Shown: piece after piece, positions 9,394 to 18,220 of the stretch
Position numbering within the stretch: position 1 is the first letter of the stretch
Layout: each line of letters opens with the position of its first letter
Program-made: the position numbers and the translations under genes
DNA from: Chlamydiota bacterium
GTDB taxonomy: Bacteria > Chlamydiota > Chlamydiia > Chlamydiales > SM23-39
Assembly: GCA_039179045.1 (NCBI GenBank)
Contig: JBCDEZ010000029.1
Span: forward strand, 1-19,498
Length of the DNA stretch: 19,498 bases
Reading direction: 5' to 3'
The notes under the pieces: generated by a model
Seen by the model: only the letters and a program-made list of their open reading frames with translations
What the model was told of the DNA's origin: nothing
The model's database searches: none

Positions 9394-9704
9394 TGATTCG
9401 TTTGCGACAGCAAGGCAATAGAAACCGGCATACTTACCGGCTCGTTCTGATGGAAAAACGCGCTCCTAGAGATGGTGCTTATAAAGCTCTCCTCGGTTGG
9501 TACAATCCGGCTTTGAAAGAAGATACGCATTTGCACAAAGAGCAGATTGCACATTGGCTCAATCTCGGAGCGCAAATCTCTGAAAAAGCTAAGGCTCTTG
9601 TGAAAAGAGCGGCTCCAGAAATCTTGCAAGCTGTCGAAGAGAAAAAGCGGGAGCAGAAAAAGAAAAAGCGCGCGAAAGCTATTGCCTCGAAAGAGGGGAC
9701 CTAA
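9384..9704 (+). CDS. rpsP: 30S ribosomal protein S16
   Basis: MALMIRLRQQG...RAPRDG...LGWYNP...WLNLGAQ; 10-nt overlap with ffh. Confidence 0.97.
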   Translation: MALMIRLRQQGNRNRHTYRLVLMEKRAPRDGAYKALLGWYNPALKEDTHLHKEQIAHWLNLGAQISEKAKALVKRAAPEILQAVEEKKREQKKKKRAKAIASKEGT

Positions 9705-9715
9705 TCCCGGAAGCC

Positions 9716-10477
9716 ATGCGCCACGGAATAGAAAAAAGCTGCGGAGTTGACTCCTACGATATACAACCCCCAATTGAGCAGACCACACCTCATCGTTTCC
9801 AGATTCTCTCGTTGTTTCCCGCCTACTTTTCTGGGCCTTGCAACTTGAGCATCACGGGGAAAGCGCAAAAGGCTGGGCTCATTTCGATTGATTTAGTGGA
9901 TATCCGTCATTTTTCTTTATCCAAACACAAAAAAGTGGATGACCGGCCCTTTGGTGGTGGTCCTGGTATGGTTTTGACGCCAGAGCCCTGCATTAGGGCC
10001 ATTCGCGCCGTCCGCCGCCCAAAAACCAAGGCGATTTTCCTCTCTCCGCAGGGTTCTTTGCTAACAACAGCCAAGTGCCAGGAGTTAGCAGGGGAGAGGG
10101 ATCTACTTTTTTTGACGGGACATTACGAGGGTGTAGATCAAAGAGTAATCGATCAAGAGATCGACGAGGAGATCAGCATCGGAGATTATATTTTGCCAAG
10201 CGGCTGCGCTGCGGCTCTTGTCCTTCTCGAGGCGATTATCCGGTTCATTCCAGGTGTTCTTGGCAATGAAGAGGGGCCATATTCCGACTCGTCATTCCTA
10301 GCCGATAAGAGCGCGTTTGAAGGGCCTCAATATACAAGGCCGCGAGAGTATGAAGGAAGCAGTGTGCCCGAGATTTTGCTTAGCGGGCATCAGAAAAATA
10401 TCCAGAAATGGAGAGAAGAACAGGGGCGCAAAAAACTGCGCGCTGTGCGTCCCGATCTTTGTGGAATAAAGGAGTAA
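9716..10477 (+). CDS. trmD: tRNA (guanine37-N1)-methyltransferase; start codon uncertain
   Basis: VDDRPFGGGPGMV, LSPQG, GHYEGVDQRV, SIGDYI and VPEILLSG motifs. Confidence 0.97.
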   Translation: MRHGIEKSCGVDSYDIQPPIEQTTPHRFQILSLFPAYFSGPCNLSITGKAQKAGLISIDLVDIRHFSLSKHKKVDDRPFGGGPGMVLTPEPCIRAIRAVRRPKTKAIFLSPQGSLLTTAKCQELAGERDLLFLTGHYEGVDQRVIDQEIDEEISIGDYILPSGCAAALVLLEAIIRFIPGVLGNEEGPYSDSSFLADKSAFEGPQYTRPREYEGSSVPEILLSGHQKNIQKWREEQGRKKLRAVRPDLCGIKE

Positions 10478-10483
10478 TTTAGA

Positions 10484-10900
10484 GTGAGTATCATCGAAGA
10501 ATTAGAAAAAAAGCAGCTAAAACAAAAGATCACTCCCTTCTGTGTTGGAGATACGGTTCGCGTATTTATCCGCATTATCGAGGGGGCAAAAGAAAGAATC
10601 CAGGTTTTTGAAGGGATTGTGCTCGGAAAAGACGGGAAGGGTATTTCTGCCTCTTTTTCTGTCTATCGGCAAGCCTATGGTACGACCATGGAGAAGAGAT
10701 TTTTCCTACACAATCCCAAGATCCAGAAAATCGAGGTACTGAAAAGGGGAAAAACAAGAAGAGCGAAACTCTACTACATGCGTGGCAAAACCGGGAAAAA
10801 AGCGAAGGTACGCGAACTCTTGCTGAAAAAGCCGGTCAAGCAAACTATAGTGAAAAAAGAGCCCAATGAGGAAAATCAAGCGGGCGCTGCCACTACTTAG
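10484..10900 (+). CDS. rplS: 50S ribosomal protein L19
   Basis: GDTVRV, KERIQVFEG and RRAKLYYMR motifs. GTG start with SD AAGGAG upstream. Confidence 0.98.
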   Translation: MSIIEELEKKQLKQKITPFCVGDTVRVFIRIIEGAKERIQVFEGIVLGKDGKGISASFSVYRQAYGTTMEKRFFLHNPKIQKIEVLKRGKTRRAKLYYMRGKTGKKAKVRELLLKKPVKQTIVKKEPNEENQAGAATT

Positions 10901-10911
10901 TTCTAAGTGCG

Positions 10912-11550
10912 ATGCTTACTCCAGAAGAGATTAGTAGATATGTTTTTGATCAACGCTTGAAAGATCGAGGATTCCAAAGGGTTGCAGGAGTCGATGAGGT
11001 GGGAAGAGGCGCGTTGGCTGGGCCTGTTGTTGCTGCAGTCTGCCTTCTTCCCCCCGAATTTTCCCTTCCCGGAATCAATGATTCGAAAGAAATCAAAGAG
11101 AATGAGCGTATATCGATTTATCGGGCGATCATTGCCGATGCTTCTGTCGAGTTTGCAATAGGCCTTGTAGGTGCAGAGGGTATCGATGAACTGGGGATTC
11201 ACCGGGCTTCCCTGCTTGCTATGGAGCGCGCTTGTGCATCTCTCAAAAAGCCCGTAGATTGCATTCTTGTTGATGGGAAATATATCCCGAAAATTTCCCC
11301 TTTGCCTAGGTATATCGAGGCGATTCCTAAAGGAGATCAGAAAAGCGCTTCCATCGCGGCAGCTTCTATTATCGCAAAAGTGCGTAGAGATGCGATGATG
11401 CGCCAGATGCATCTCATTGATTCTAGATATGCCCTTGACCGAAACAAAGGGTATGGCACGAAAGAGCATCGAGAGGCGATTGCACGGTTCGGTATCTCCT
11501 CCGACTTTCACCGGATCTCTTTTCGCCCCTGCCAGTCATCAATCAGGTAG
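10912..11550 (+). CDS. rnhB: Ribonuclease HII
   Basis: AGVDEVGRGALAGPVVAA, INDSK, KGD...SIAAASIIAKV and KGYGT motifs. Confidence 0.98.
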   Translation: MLTPEEISRYVFDQRLKDRGFQRVAGVDEVGRGALAGPVVAAVCLLPPEFSLPGINDSKEIKENERISIYRAIIADASVEFAIGLVGAEGIDELGIHRASLLAMERACASLKKPVDCILVDGKYIPKISPLPRYIEAIPKGDQKSASIAAASIIAKVRRDAMMRQMHLIDSRYALDRNKGYGTKEHREAIARFGISSDFHRISFRPCQSSIR

Positions 11551-11689
11551 GAATGTTTTTCTTCAACGTAGTCTCGAGAATTTCCTTCAATTCCCGTTTT
11601 TTTTCCAAGGTAGGGCTTGGTTCTTTTTTCCTCACTGCCCATCCCTTTTTTGGTGTTTCTCGAAAAAACTTCCATGACTTTTTTTTCAT
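11543..11689 (-). CDS. Small basic hypothetical protein (48 aa; possible in-frame GTG start at 11719 gives 58 aa)
   Basis: MKKKSWKFFRETPKKGWAVRKKEPSPTLEKKRELKEILETTLKKNIPT*. SD TAGGAGGT lies 6 nt before the ATG. It fills the rnhB-yicC gap and overlaps the rnhB end by 8 nt. Below the ORF-track size cutoff. Confidence 0.6.
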   Translation of the reverse strand: MKKKSWKFFRETPKKGWAVRKKEPSPTLEKKRELKEILETTLKKNIPT

Positions 11690-11814
11690 AAGACTACCTC
11701 CTAACAATCCAAATAGCACAGTTACAATCCCTCCTTTACCTTATAAAATTTTTCGATTTCTTTTTAATATTTTTTTTCTAAAAATTGATTTTTTATCTTT
11801 TATTCTAGTTGTGT

Positions 11815-12687
11815 ATGCATAGTATGACAGGGTTTGGAAGGGCGCTTGCGCCTCTTCCGGAGGGCACGCTTACTGTAGAAGTCTCCTCGGTAAATAAGAA
11901 GTACTTGGATATGAGCGTGTTCCTTCCTAAAGAACTACAATCTTTTGAAGTCTTCGTCAAAAGGCTCTTGCAGCGTTCGATCGAACGAGGTCAAGTTGCT
12001 TTGAAGGTGTTTTTTGACACTTCTGGTTACCAAGGACCCTCTAAAGAGGAGGTTTCGGTTCTACAAAACGCGAAAAGCGCTTGGGAGGCCGTAGCGCATT
12101 CTTTGGGATGTGCCAAGCAAGAAATCACCATCCCTTTTTTACTCAGCCAGTTTGAGCGGGCAGGTGTGCAGCGCACATTTGTGGGAGAAGTGTGGGAAAA
12201 GCGTTTAGAGGACCTGGTCGGAGAGGCTCTTATTGCCTTAAACAAGATGCGCAAAGAAGAAGGGGCCTACCTCCAAAAAGAGCTCTTGGAAGAAATTGAG
12301 CAGTTGCATGGACATTTTTCTACTTTACGAAAAGCCTACCCGCTCGAGCAGGCAGCGCTTCGGGAAAAATTGCAAGAGACGATCAGTAGTTTTTCTCACT
12401 TAGCGGATCATGAGGAGAAATTGTACCGCGAGATCTCTTTGCACAGCGCGAAGCTCGATATTGCCGAAGAGATCGCACGCCTACAGTGCCACCTTGATCG
12501 CATTTTCACCCTTGTTCGCTCTTCTCGTGAGAGCGTGGGTAAAGAGATTCTCTTCTTGGTACAAGAAATGAACCGGGAGGTGCATACCATCGCAGTCAAG
12601 TCCTCGAGCCTTCCTCTCATACAGTCTACCCTGGCGATGAAAGCCTCTTTAGAAAGAATCAAAGAGCAGACACAAAATGTTCAATAG
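11815..12687 (+). CDS. yicC: YicC/YloC family endoribonuclease
   Basis: N-terminal SMTGFGR, SVNKKYLD, IERGQV, LDIAEEIARL, FLVQEMNREVHTI and IKEQTQNVQ. Sits directly upstream of gmk. ATG 11815 is preferred over TTG 11809. Confidence 0.93.
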   Translation: MHSMTGFGRALAPLPEGTLTVEVSSVNKKYLDMSVFLPKELQSFEVFVKRLLQRSIERGQVALKVFFDTSGYQGPSKEEVSVLQNAKSAWEAVAHSLGCAKQEITIPFLLSQFERAGVQRTFVGEVWEKRLEDLVGEALIALNKMRKEEGAYLQKELLEEIEQLHGHFSTLRKAYPLEQAALREKLQETISSFSHLADHEEKLYREISLHSAKLDIAEEIARLQCHLDRIFTLVRSSRESVGKEILFLVQEMNREVHTIAVKSSSLPLIQSTLAMKASLERIKEQTQNVQ

Positions 12688-13291
12688 CGCCCCCCAACCT
12701 CTTTCCTTCATTTTGAGCGCTCCTGCAGGTACAGGGAAAACGAGCTTAGTCAATGCGATCTTACAAAGACATCCTAACGTGACCAAACACGTTTCGTACA
12801 CAACGCGCAGTCCTAGGCCGGGAGAACGGGATGGGCACGACTACGCCTTTTGTAGCCGCGATACTTTTTTCGCGCAGCAAGCCGATTTTTTAGAGAGTAT
12901 TGAAATAGCTGGGCACCACTACGCTACAAGTAGAGAGCAGCTCGCGCAGCAAAAGGAGCGCTCTTGTCATACCATTTTCGTGATCGATCCTGCAGGAGCT
13001 CTCCGTTTGATGCGCGCCACTCCTTGTGTGAGCATTTTCTTATTGCCCCCTTCGTATGAAGCCCTCAAACAACGATTGGAGAAAAGAAATACAGAAACAG
13101 CAATAGAAATCCAAAAAAGACTAGATAGAGTAGAAAAAGAGCTTGAGATGCTGGTTCATTATGATTATTATATTGTAAATGATGTTCTTGAAGATGCATG
13201 TCAAGTATTTTCTGCAATTCTTCGAGCTGAAGAACATAAAACAAAGTATTTAGGGTGGAAATCAGATGGGAAAGAAAAATCTTACGAATGA
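12677..13291 (+). CDS. gmk: Guanylate kinase
   Basis: SAPAGTGKTS P-loop, VSYTTRSPRPGERDGHDY, SIFLLPPS and YDYYIVND. Confidence 0.97.
   Translation: MFNSAPQPLSFILSAPAGTGKTSLVNAILQRHPNVTKHVSYTTRSPRPGERDGHDYAFCSRDTFFAQQADFLESIEIAGHHYATSREQLAQQKERSCHTIFVIDPAGALRLMRATPCVSIFLLPPSYEALKQRLEKRNTETAIEIQKRLDRVEKELEMLVHYDYYIVNDVLEDACQVFSAILRAEEHKTKYLGWKSDGKEKSYE
13143..13171 (+). promoter_or_regulatory. Candidate promoter inside gmk for the rpoZ-like gene and metG
   Basis: TTGAGA (13143-13148) - 17 nt - TATTAT (13166-13171), inside an abruptly AT-rich part of gmk. Confidence 0.4.
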
Positions 13292-13469
13292 AAGTTTGAA
13301 AAAGCATTTTAAGGGGAACTACCTTCTCACCAATTACGCAATTCTCCTCGGAAGAGAAGCTGTGCTTTCCGGGCAGTATGTCAATTTAGATGCCCTTTTA
13401 GCTAGTGTGCAAAAAAGCGTACAGAACGTAACTGACGAGAGCGAAAAAGAGCAACTAGGCATCCTCTAA
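13266..13469 (+). CDS. rpoZ: Chlamydial-type RNA polymerase omega subunit (CT031-like)
   Basis: 67 aa immediately after gmk, the canonical rpoZ position. LTNESLKKHF...LTNYAI resembles the N-terminus of C. trachomatis CT031, which has been proposed as the chlamydial omega subunit. Confidence 0.7.
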   Translation: MGKKNLTNESLKKHFKGNYLLTNYAILLGREAVLSGQYVNLDALLASVQKSVQNVTDESEKEQLGIL

Positions 13470-15487
13470 TGGGAAAAAAGCTGATCACCTCAGCTCTTCT
13501 CTATGCAAATGGACCCGCCCACTTTGGGCACATCGCAGGGGCATATCTCCCCGCGGATATTTATGCTAGATTCTGCAGATTTCGGGGAGACGAAGTTCTC
13601 TTCCTTTCGGGATCTGACGAGTATGGCGTTCCGATCACCTTGTCTGCTGAAAAAGAGGGGCGCACTTTCCAAGAGCATGTCGATAAGTACCACGACATCA
13701 ATCAACGCCTTTTCAAAAAGCTCTGTTTTTCCTTCGATCGTTATTCTCGCACCACTTGGGAGGGTCATCCCGAAACCGTGCTCTCTTTTTTCCACGATCT
13801 CAAGGAAAACGGTTACATTGTCGAACGGGAAGAAGATCACCTCTACTCAAAGCAAGAGGGCCGGTTTCTAGCCGATCGGTATGTGGTGGGCACCTGCCCT
13901 CAATGTGGGTACACAGAGGCTAGAGGAGATGAGTGCACCTCTTGCGGTGCGAGTTACGAGTCTCTCGATCTCAAAAATCCCCGATCCAAATTGACTGGGT
14001 CTCCTCTCACTTTGCGCAAAAGTGTGCATGCCTACCTCCGTTTTGATCTTTTCAAAGAAGAGCTCAAGTCTTGGATTGGTACCAAGAAATGGAAAGAAAA
14101 TGTGCGCGCCTTTTCTGAGAAGTACATTGAAGGGTTGCGCCCAAGAGCGATTACAAGAGATGCGACATGGGGCATTCCCATCGCTTTGGACGAAGGTTCG
14201 AAGAAGGTGTTCTATGTCTGGTTCGACGCGCCGATTGGCTATATTTCTGCTGCCAAGGATTGGGCCAAAAGCATTGGAGAGCCCGACCGTTGGAAATCGT
14301 TTTGGTTCGATCCTGAAACTCGTCTCGTCCAGTTCATTGGGAAGGACAACATTCCCTTCCACGCAGTTTTCTTCCCCGCTATGATTCTTGGGCAAAATGC
14401 TCCTTATAAGATGGTCGATGATTTGCCTGCCAATGAGTTTCTCCGGCTAGAGGGGAAGAAGTTCTCCAAATCAGAGGGTCATTTCATCGACTTGGAATCT
14501 TTTTTCGAGAAGTATAGCGCTGACCAGATCCGCTACTACCTAGCGGCCAATGCTCCCGAGACTGCTGATGCCGACTTTGCTTGGAACGATTTTCAAGCAG
14601 CTACCAATGGGGATCTTTTGGGAAAATTGGGCAATTTTGTGCACCGCGTTTTTGTATTTACCTACCAGAATTTAGGTGGTGCCTTGCCCAAGCAGGGGGC
14701 TGTTCCTGCGAAAAGGAGCCTCTTTTTCCAGGAGCTTCTCGCCTTGCAAGATACTATTGAGCAGTGCTATGCAAACTTCCAAATGCGCAAAGCATGTGCA
14801 GCGATCATGAAGATGGCTACGCTCGGTAACGCCTTTTTCACCAAATCTGCTCCTTGGAAAGGAATCAAAGAGGGGCGCTTAGACGAGGTCTTAGAAGCGT
14901 TGGCTGCTTGTTTTTTTTGCATCCAATTTCTGGCAATTACCTCTTTTCCCATCATCCCCAACACAGCCTCCAAGATCTGGCGTATGCTCGGTTTTACCAC
15001 GAATCTTGAACAAGAGTCTTGGAAACAGGCCGCAGAAAAAAGTTGGGAAGCAGGAATGAAGATGGAAGAGCCTAAGGTACTCTTTACAAAAATTGAAGAC
15101 GCCGAGATCGCAAAAGAGCGCGCAGCTCTGCAGGTCCGTCTTCCAGAAGAGCCTTCGGAAGAAAAAAAGCGGATCGACTTGGACCAGTTTTCTGCTCTCG
15201 ATCTACGAGTTGTTACGATCCTCTCCGCAAAAAGAGTGGAGAAAAGTCGGAAGCTTTTGCTGCTCCAGGTGGATCTTGGAGAAACACAAAGACAGGTCGT
15301 CTCGGGGATTGCCCAAAGTCTTTCTCCCGAGGATCTAGTGGGAAAAAAGGTCTTGTTCCTAGCCAATCTGCGTCCTATTCGGATTATGGGGCACAAAAGT
15401 GAGGGGATGATTCTCGCAGCGGGAGAGGCAGACAATCTCGAACTACCCCTCTTTTCTAAAAGCGATGCTGGCTCTGTTGTTAGTTGA
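13469..15487 (+). CDS. metG: Methionine--tRNA ligase with C-terminal tRNA-binding OB domain
   Basis: ITSALLYANG, HFGH (HIGH), CPQC...CTSC zinc knuckle, YVWFDAPIGY and KFSKS (KMSKS). The C-terminal LDLRV...QVVSGI...ANL...SEGMILA is the OB domain. Confidence 0.99.
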   Translation: MGKKLITSALLYANGPAHFGHIAGAYLPADIYARFCRFRGDEVLFLSGSDEYGVPITLSAEKEGRTFQEHVDKYHDINQRLFKKLCFSFDRYSRTTWEGHPETVLSFFHDLKENGYIVEREEDHLYSKQEGRFLADRYVVGTCPQCGYTEARGDECTSCGASYESLDLKNPRSKLTGSPLTLRKSVHAYLRFDLFKEELKSWIGTKKWKENVRAFSEKYIEGLRPRAITRDATWGIPIALDEGSKKVFYVWFDAPIGYISAAKDWAKSIGEPDRWKSFWFDPETRLVQFIGKDNIPFHAVFFPAMILGQNAPYKMVDDLPANEFLRLEGKKFSKSEGHFIDLESFFEKYSADQIRYYLAANAPETADADFAWNDFQAATNGDLLGKLGNFVHRVFVFTYQNLGGALPKQGAVPAKRSLFFQELLALQDTIEQCYANFQMRKACAAIMKMATLGNAFFTKSAPWKGIKEGRLDEVLEALAACFFCIQFLAITSFPIIPNTASKIWRMLGFTTNLEQESWKQAAEKSWEAGMKMEEPKVLFTKIEDAEIAKERAALQVRLPEEPSEEKKRIDLDQFSALDLRVVTILSAKRVEKSRKLLLLQVDLGETQRQVVSGIAQSLSPEDLVGKKVLFLANLRPIRIMGHKSEGMILAAGEADNLELPLFSKSDAGSVVS

Positions 15488-17681
15488 TAGGGAAGGGTAA
15501 ACTTCTCTCTTGCACGTAGGCCTTCTTCTGCAGCGCTTGTTGCAGACCTGTGTGCCGGCGCATCACCTCGTCATTTTCGATCGCGATCCGTAGCGCTTTT
15601 TTCTCTCCAATGACTACTGCAAATTTGCGGGCTCTCGTTGTTGCCGTGTAGAGCAGGTTGCGACAGAGCAAAGGGTAGTGGGCAGAATGCATGAGGACGA
15701 CAACGCAAGGAAACTCACTTCCCTGTGATTTGTGGACAGAAACGGCATAGGCGAGCTGGATTTCGTCCAATTCGGAAAATTCATAGGGGATCATTTTTCC
15801 TCCATCGAATGCGATGGTCAAAGAGCGAGAAACAGAATCGATCTCTGTGATTTCCCCGAATTCCCCATTGCATACATTTTTTTGGTAGTTGTTCTTGATC
15901 TGCATCACTTTGTCGTGAAGGCGCAAAGAGATGCCAGCGCGGAGTAAAGAGGGCTGATCTGGGTTAAGCGCCTCTTGCAGCACTTGGTTGAGCGCTCCTG
16001 TTCCGATTGGCCCTTTTTTCATGGGAGAGAGGATTTGCAAGTCCCAGATCGGGTGGAAAGGTTTCTTCTCGGGAATGACCTTTTTTATAAGGTGCAGAAG
16101 CTGGGAGACGACCTCTTCTGGTTTGGTTGCCTCATAAAAATGAAAATCACTCCAGTCAGCTCGCCCCAGTATCGGAAAAAGGCCTTGATTGATTTTGTGT
16201 GCATTGACAACGATATGCGAGCCTGCAGCTTGGCGGAAGATTTTGACAAGTCTTGTCGTACCAATTTTTCCCGAATAGATCAGGTCTTGCAGCACATTGC
16301 CAGGTCCCACAGAGGGGAGCTGATCCACATCGCCGATAAAGAGTAGACGGGAGGATCCTATAGCGCGCAAAAGATCGCGCATCAGCTCTGTATCGATCAT
16401 ACTCGCTTCATCCACAATCACGAAATCGGCGACAAGCGGGCACTTTCTTCCCCTTTTGAATCCACCCATCACAAAGTCGGGTTCAAGAAGGCTATGGATG
16501 GTCAGTGCCTTTTTCCTTGTGATTTGCGTGAGGCGCTTCGCCGCGCGCCCTGTCGGCGCGGCGAGTATGATTTTGCGCGTGATCTTTGCTAAAATTGCGA
16601 TGATCGCACCGGTCAGCGTGCTCTTGCCCGTACCAGGTCCTCCTGTGACGATGTGGATTTTGTCTTCCAAACAGGCTCCCAGCGCTTTTTTCTGCTCGCT
16701 TGCAAGCGATAAAGAGAGCTCTTTTTCTACCCATTCGATAGCGCGCAAGACGTGCACGGTGCGGAGCGTAGCAGGGGAGTTTTGGATCCGGTCGATCTCC
16801 TGTGCGATCTCCATCTCCGATGCGTACAGAGGTGGTGCGAAAGCGTAGGAGATCGCAGCCCCATCTTTTTGTGGGCGCATCTCTGTGATGATCTCTTTTT
16901 CTGCGGTCGCCTTTTCGATTCCAGCTAGGACCAGCTCTTCTGCTACTTCTAGCATCCGCACGCCCTCTTTGCACAATAGGGACAGGGGCAGGCAAGTGTG
17001 CCCCTTTGCGGTATACTCCCAAAGAATATGAGAAATGCCTGCCACAATTCTCTCTTCTGAGTCACGAGCAAATCCTACGCGCATGGCAATCGTATCTGCC
17101 ATTTTGAAACCGATTCCCAAGACCTCTTTCGCTAGGAGATAGGGCGCATCTCGCACAACATCCACACTTCTTTTGCCATATCTTTGGTAAATTTTCTGTG
17201 CGTAGGCAGGGCTGATCTGGTGGCTTTGTAGGAAAATCATCACGTCTCGAATTGCGCTATGCTCGTTCCACGATTGCACGATTTGTTCTAGTCGTTTTTC
17301 GCCTAAGCCAGGCACTTCTCTTAAGCGCTGAGGAGCATTTTGGATAATGCTCAGCGTATTTTCTCCGAAGCGCTCCACAATTTTTTTTGCGTAGACAGGC
17401 CCAATCCCTTGGATCAGCCCCGACTCCAAGTACTTCTGGATTCCAAATGTTGAGGAGGGTTGCAAAGTGGAGAGTGTCTCCACATAGAACTGCTTGCCAT
17501 GCTGGGGATGCGTTTGCCATGTGCCTGCAGCCTCGACGCACTCTCCAGCTCGAAGACTTGGCATGCTCCCTAGAATCGTCACGAGCTTTTGCCGCTCTGT
17601 TTGCAGGCGCGCTACGGTAAATCCGGTTTCTGCCTGGTAGACAATGGTCTCTACATGCCCTTTGATCGTGTCCACACCCAC
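15480..17681 (-). CDS. recD2: ATP-dependent RecD2-type DNA helicase; GTG 17675 is an alternative start
   Basis: N-terminal OB/HhH region (GIGPVYA, PGLGEKR), GGPGTGKS Walker A, VDEASM, GDVDQLPSVGPG, LAYAVSVHKSQGSE and RNLLYTATTRA. Converges on metG with an 8-nt overlap. Confidence 0.97.
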   Translation of the reverse strand: MGVDTIKGHVETIVYQAETGFTVARLQTERQKLVTILGSMPSLRAGECVEAAGTWQTHPQHGKQFYVETLSTLQPSSTFGIQKYLESGLIQGIGPVYAKKIVERFGENTLSIIQNAPQRLREVPGLGEKRLEQIVQSWNEHSAIRDVMIFLQSHQISPAYAQKIYQRYGKRSVDVVRDAPYLLAKEVLGIGFKMADTIAMRVGFARDSEERIVAGISHILWEYTAKGHTCLPLSLLCKEGVRMLEVAEELVLAGIEKATAEKEIITEMRPQKDGAAISYAFAPPLYASEMEIAQEIDRIQNSPATLRTVHVLRAIEWVEKELSLSLASEQKKALGACLEDKIHIVTGGPGTGKSTLTGAIIAILAKITRKIILAAPTGRAAKRLTQITRKKALTIHSLLEPDFVMGGFKRGRKCPLVADFVIVDEASMIDTELMRDLLRAIGSSRLLFIGDVDQLPSVGPGNVLQDLIYSGKIGTTRLVKIFRQAAGSHIVVNAHKINQGLFPILGRADWSDFHFYEATKPEEVVSQLLHLIKKVIPEKKPFHPIWDLQILSPMKKGPIGTGALNQVLQEALNPDQPSLLRAGISLRLHDKVMQIKNNYQKNVCNGEFGEITEIDSVSRSLTIAFDGGKMIPYEFSELDEIQLAYAVSVHKSQGSEFPCVVVLMHSAHYPLLCRNLLYTATTRARKFAVVIGEKKALRIAIENDEVMRRHTGLQQALQKKAYVQERSLPFPIN

Positions 17682-17867
17682 CCTACTTTAGGTTGTCTCA
17701 TTTCTCGCCTCCTTCCACTGTGCATTTTACCAAGAGAGTGCAAAAAAGTAGAGCCTTATCGGATCGTGTTTCACTTCAGAAACATATCTTACGATACGAG
17801 GCCCTTTTATCCCTGCGTTAAAGAGGGGCTATGTTGTGCGTTATAGGCTTGCTTTTGCTCTTTTAGT

Positions 17868-18047
17868 TATATCCGTTTCATTTGAAGAATTGGGTTAAGC
17901 GGAAAAATAGAGAGAAAAGATATTTGTGATTTGTTTCTTCAGTTCGTGGAAAAGCTCTGGGCTCGATGGGGATAAACTCTCCCAAAACTCCAACTTTTTG
18001 CCTATGCAAAAATTTCTTTATGCAATTCTTCAGTCAAGATGGGTATA
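17868..18047 (+). repeat. Full-length 180-bp MITE-like repeat (copy C)
   Basis: Ends TATATCCGTTTCATTTGAAGAATTG ... CAATTCTTCAGTCAAGATGGGTATA form an imperfect TIR (18/25). 139/180 ungapped identity to the reverse complement of 18578-18757 by manual count. Confidence 0.92.
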
Positions 18048-18110
18048 GATCTCTTTTCCTCAAGCATTTCTTCGCCGGTGTCTCCTTGTTCTTCAAGGAA
18101 AAAGTGCTCC

Positions 18111-18143
18111 TTGCAATTTAACCAAATTCTCGCGTAGTATAAT
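18111..18143 (+). promoter_or_regulatory. Candidate promoter for tRNA-Asn
   Basis: TTGCAA (18111-18116) - 18 nt - TAGTAT (18135-18140), with an overlapping TATAAT (18138-18143), just before the tRNA 5' end. Confidence 0.5.
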
Positions 18144-18148
18144 ATTTT

Positions 18149-18220
18149 TCCGGGTTAGCTCAGCGGTAGAGCAGTGGACTGTTAATCCATTGGTCGCAAG
18201 TTCGAATCTTGCACCCGGAG
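18149..18220 (+). tRNA. tRNA-Asn (GTT); CCA not encoded
   Basis: Acceptor TCCGGGT/ACCCGGA plus discriminator G; D arm GCTC/GAGC; anticodon arm GTGGA-CT-GTT-AA-TCCAT (anticodon 18181-18183); T arm GCAAG-TTCGAAT-CTTGC. Confidence 0.98.

Noticed and set aside
9138..9788. Long antisense ORFs (9138-9788, 10903-11511, 13868-14395, 14767-15435 and similar)
   Set aside because: Shadows of well-supported genes on the opposite strand.
11553..11822. 89-aa Phe-rich + strand ORF
   Set aside because: It is the antisense shadow of the Lys-rich minus-strand ORF plus AT-rich spacer; the strong SDs are on the minus strand.
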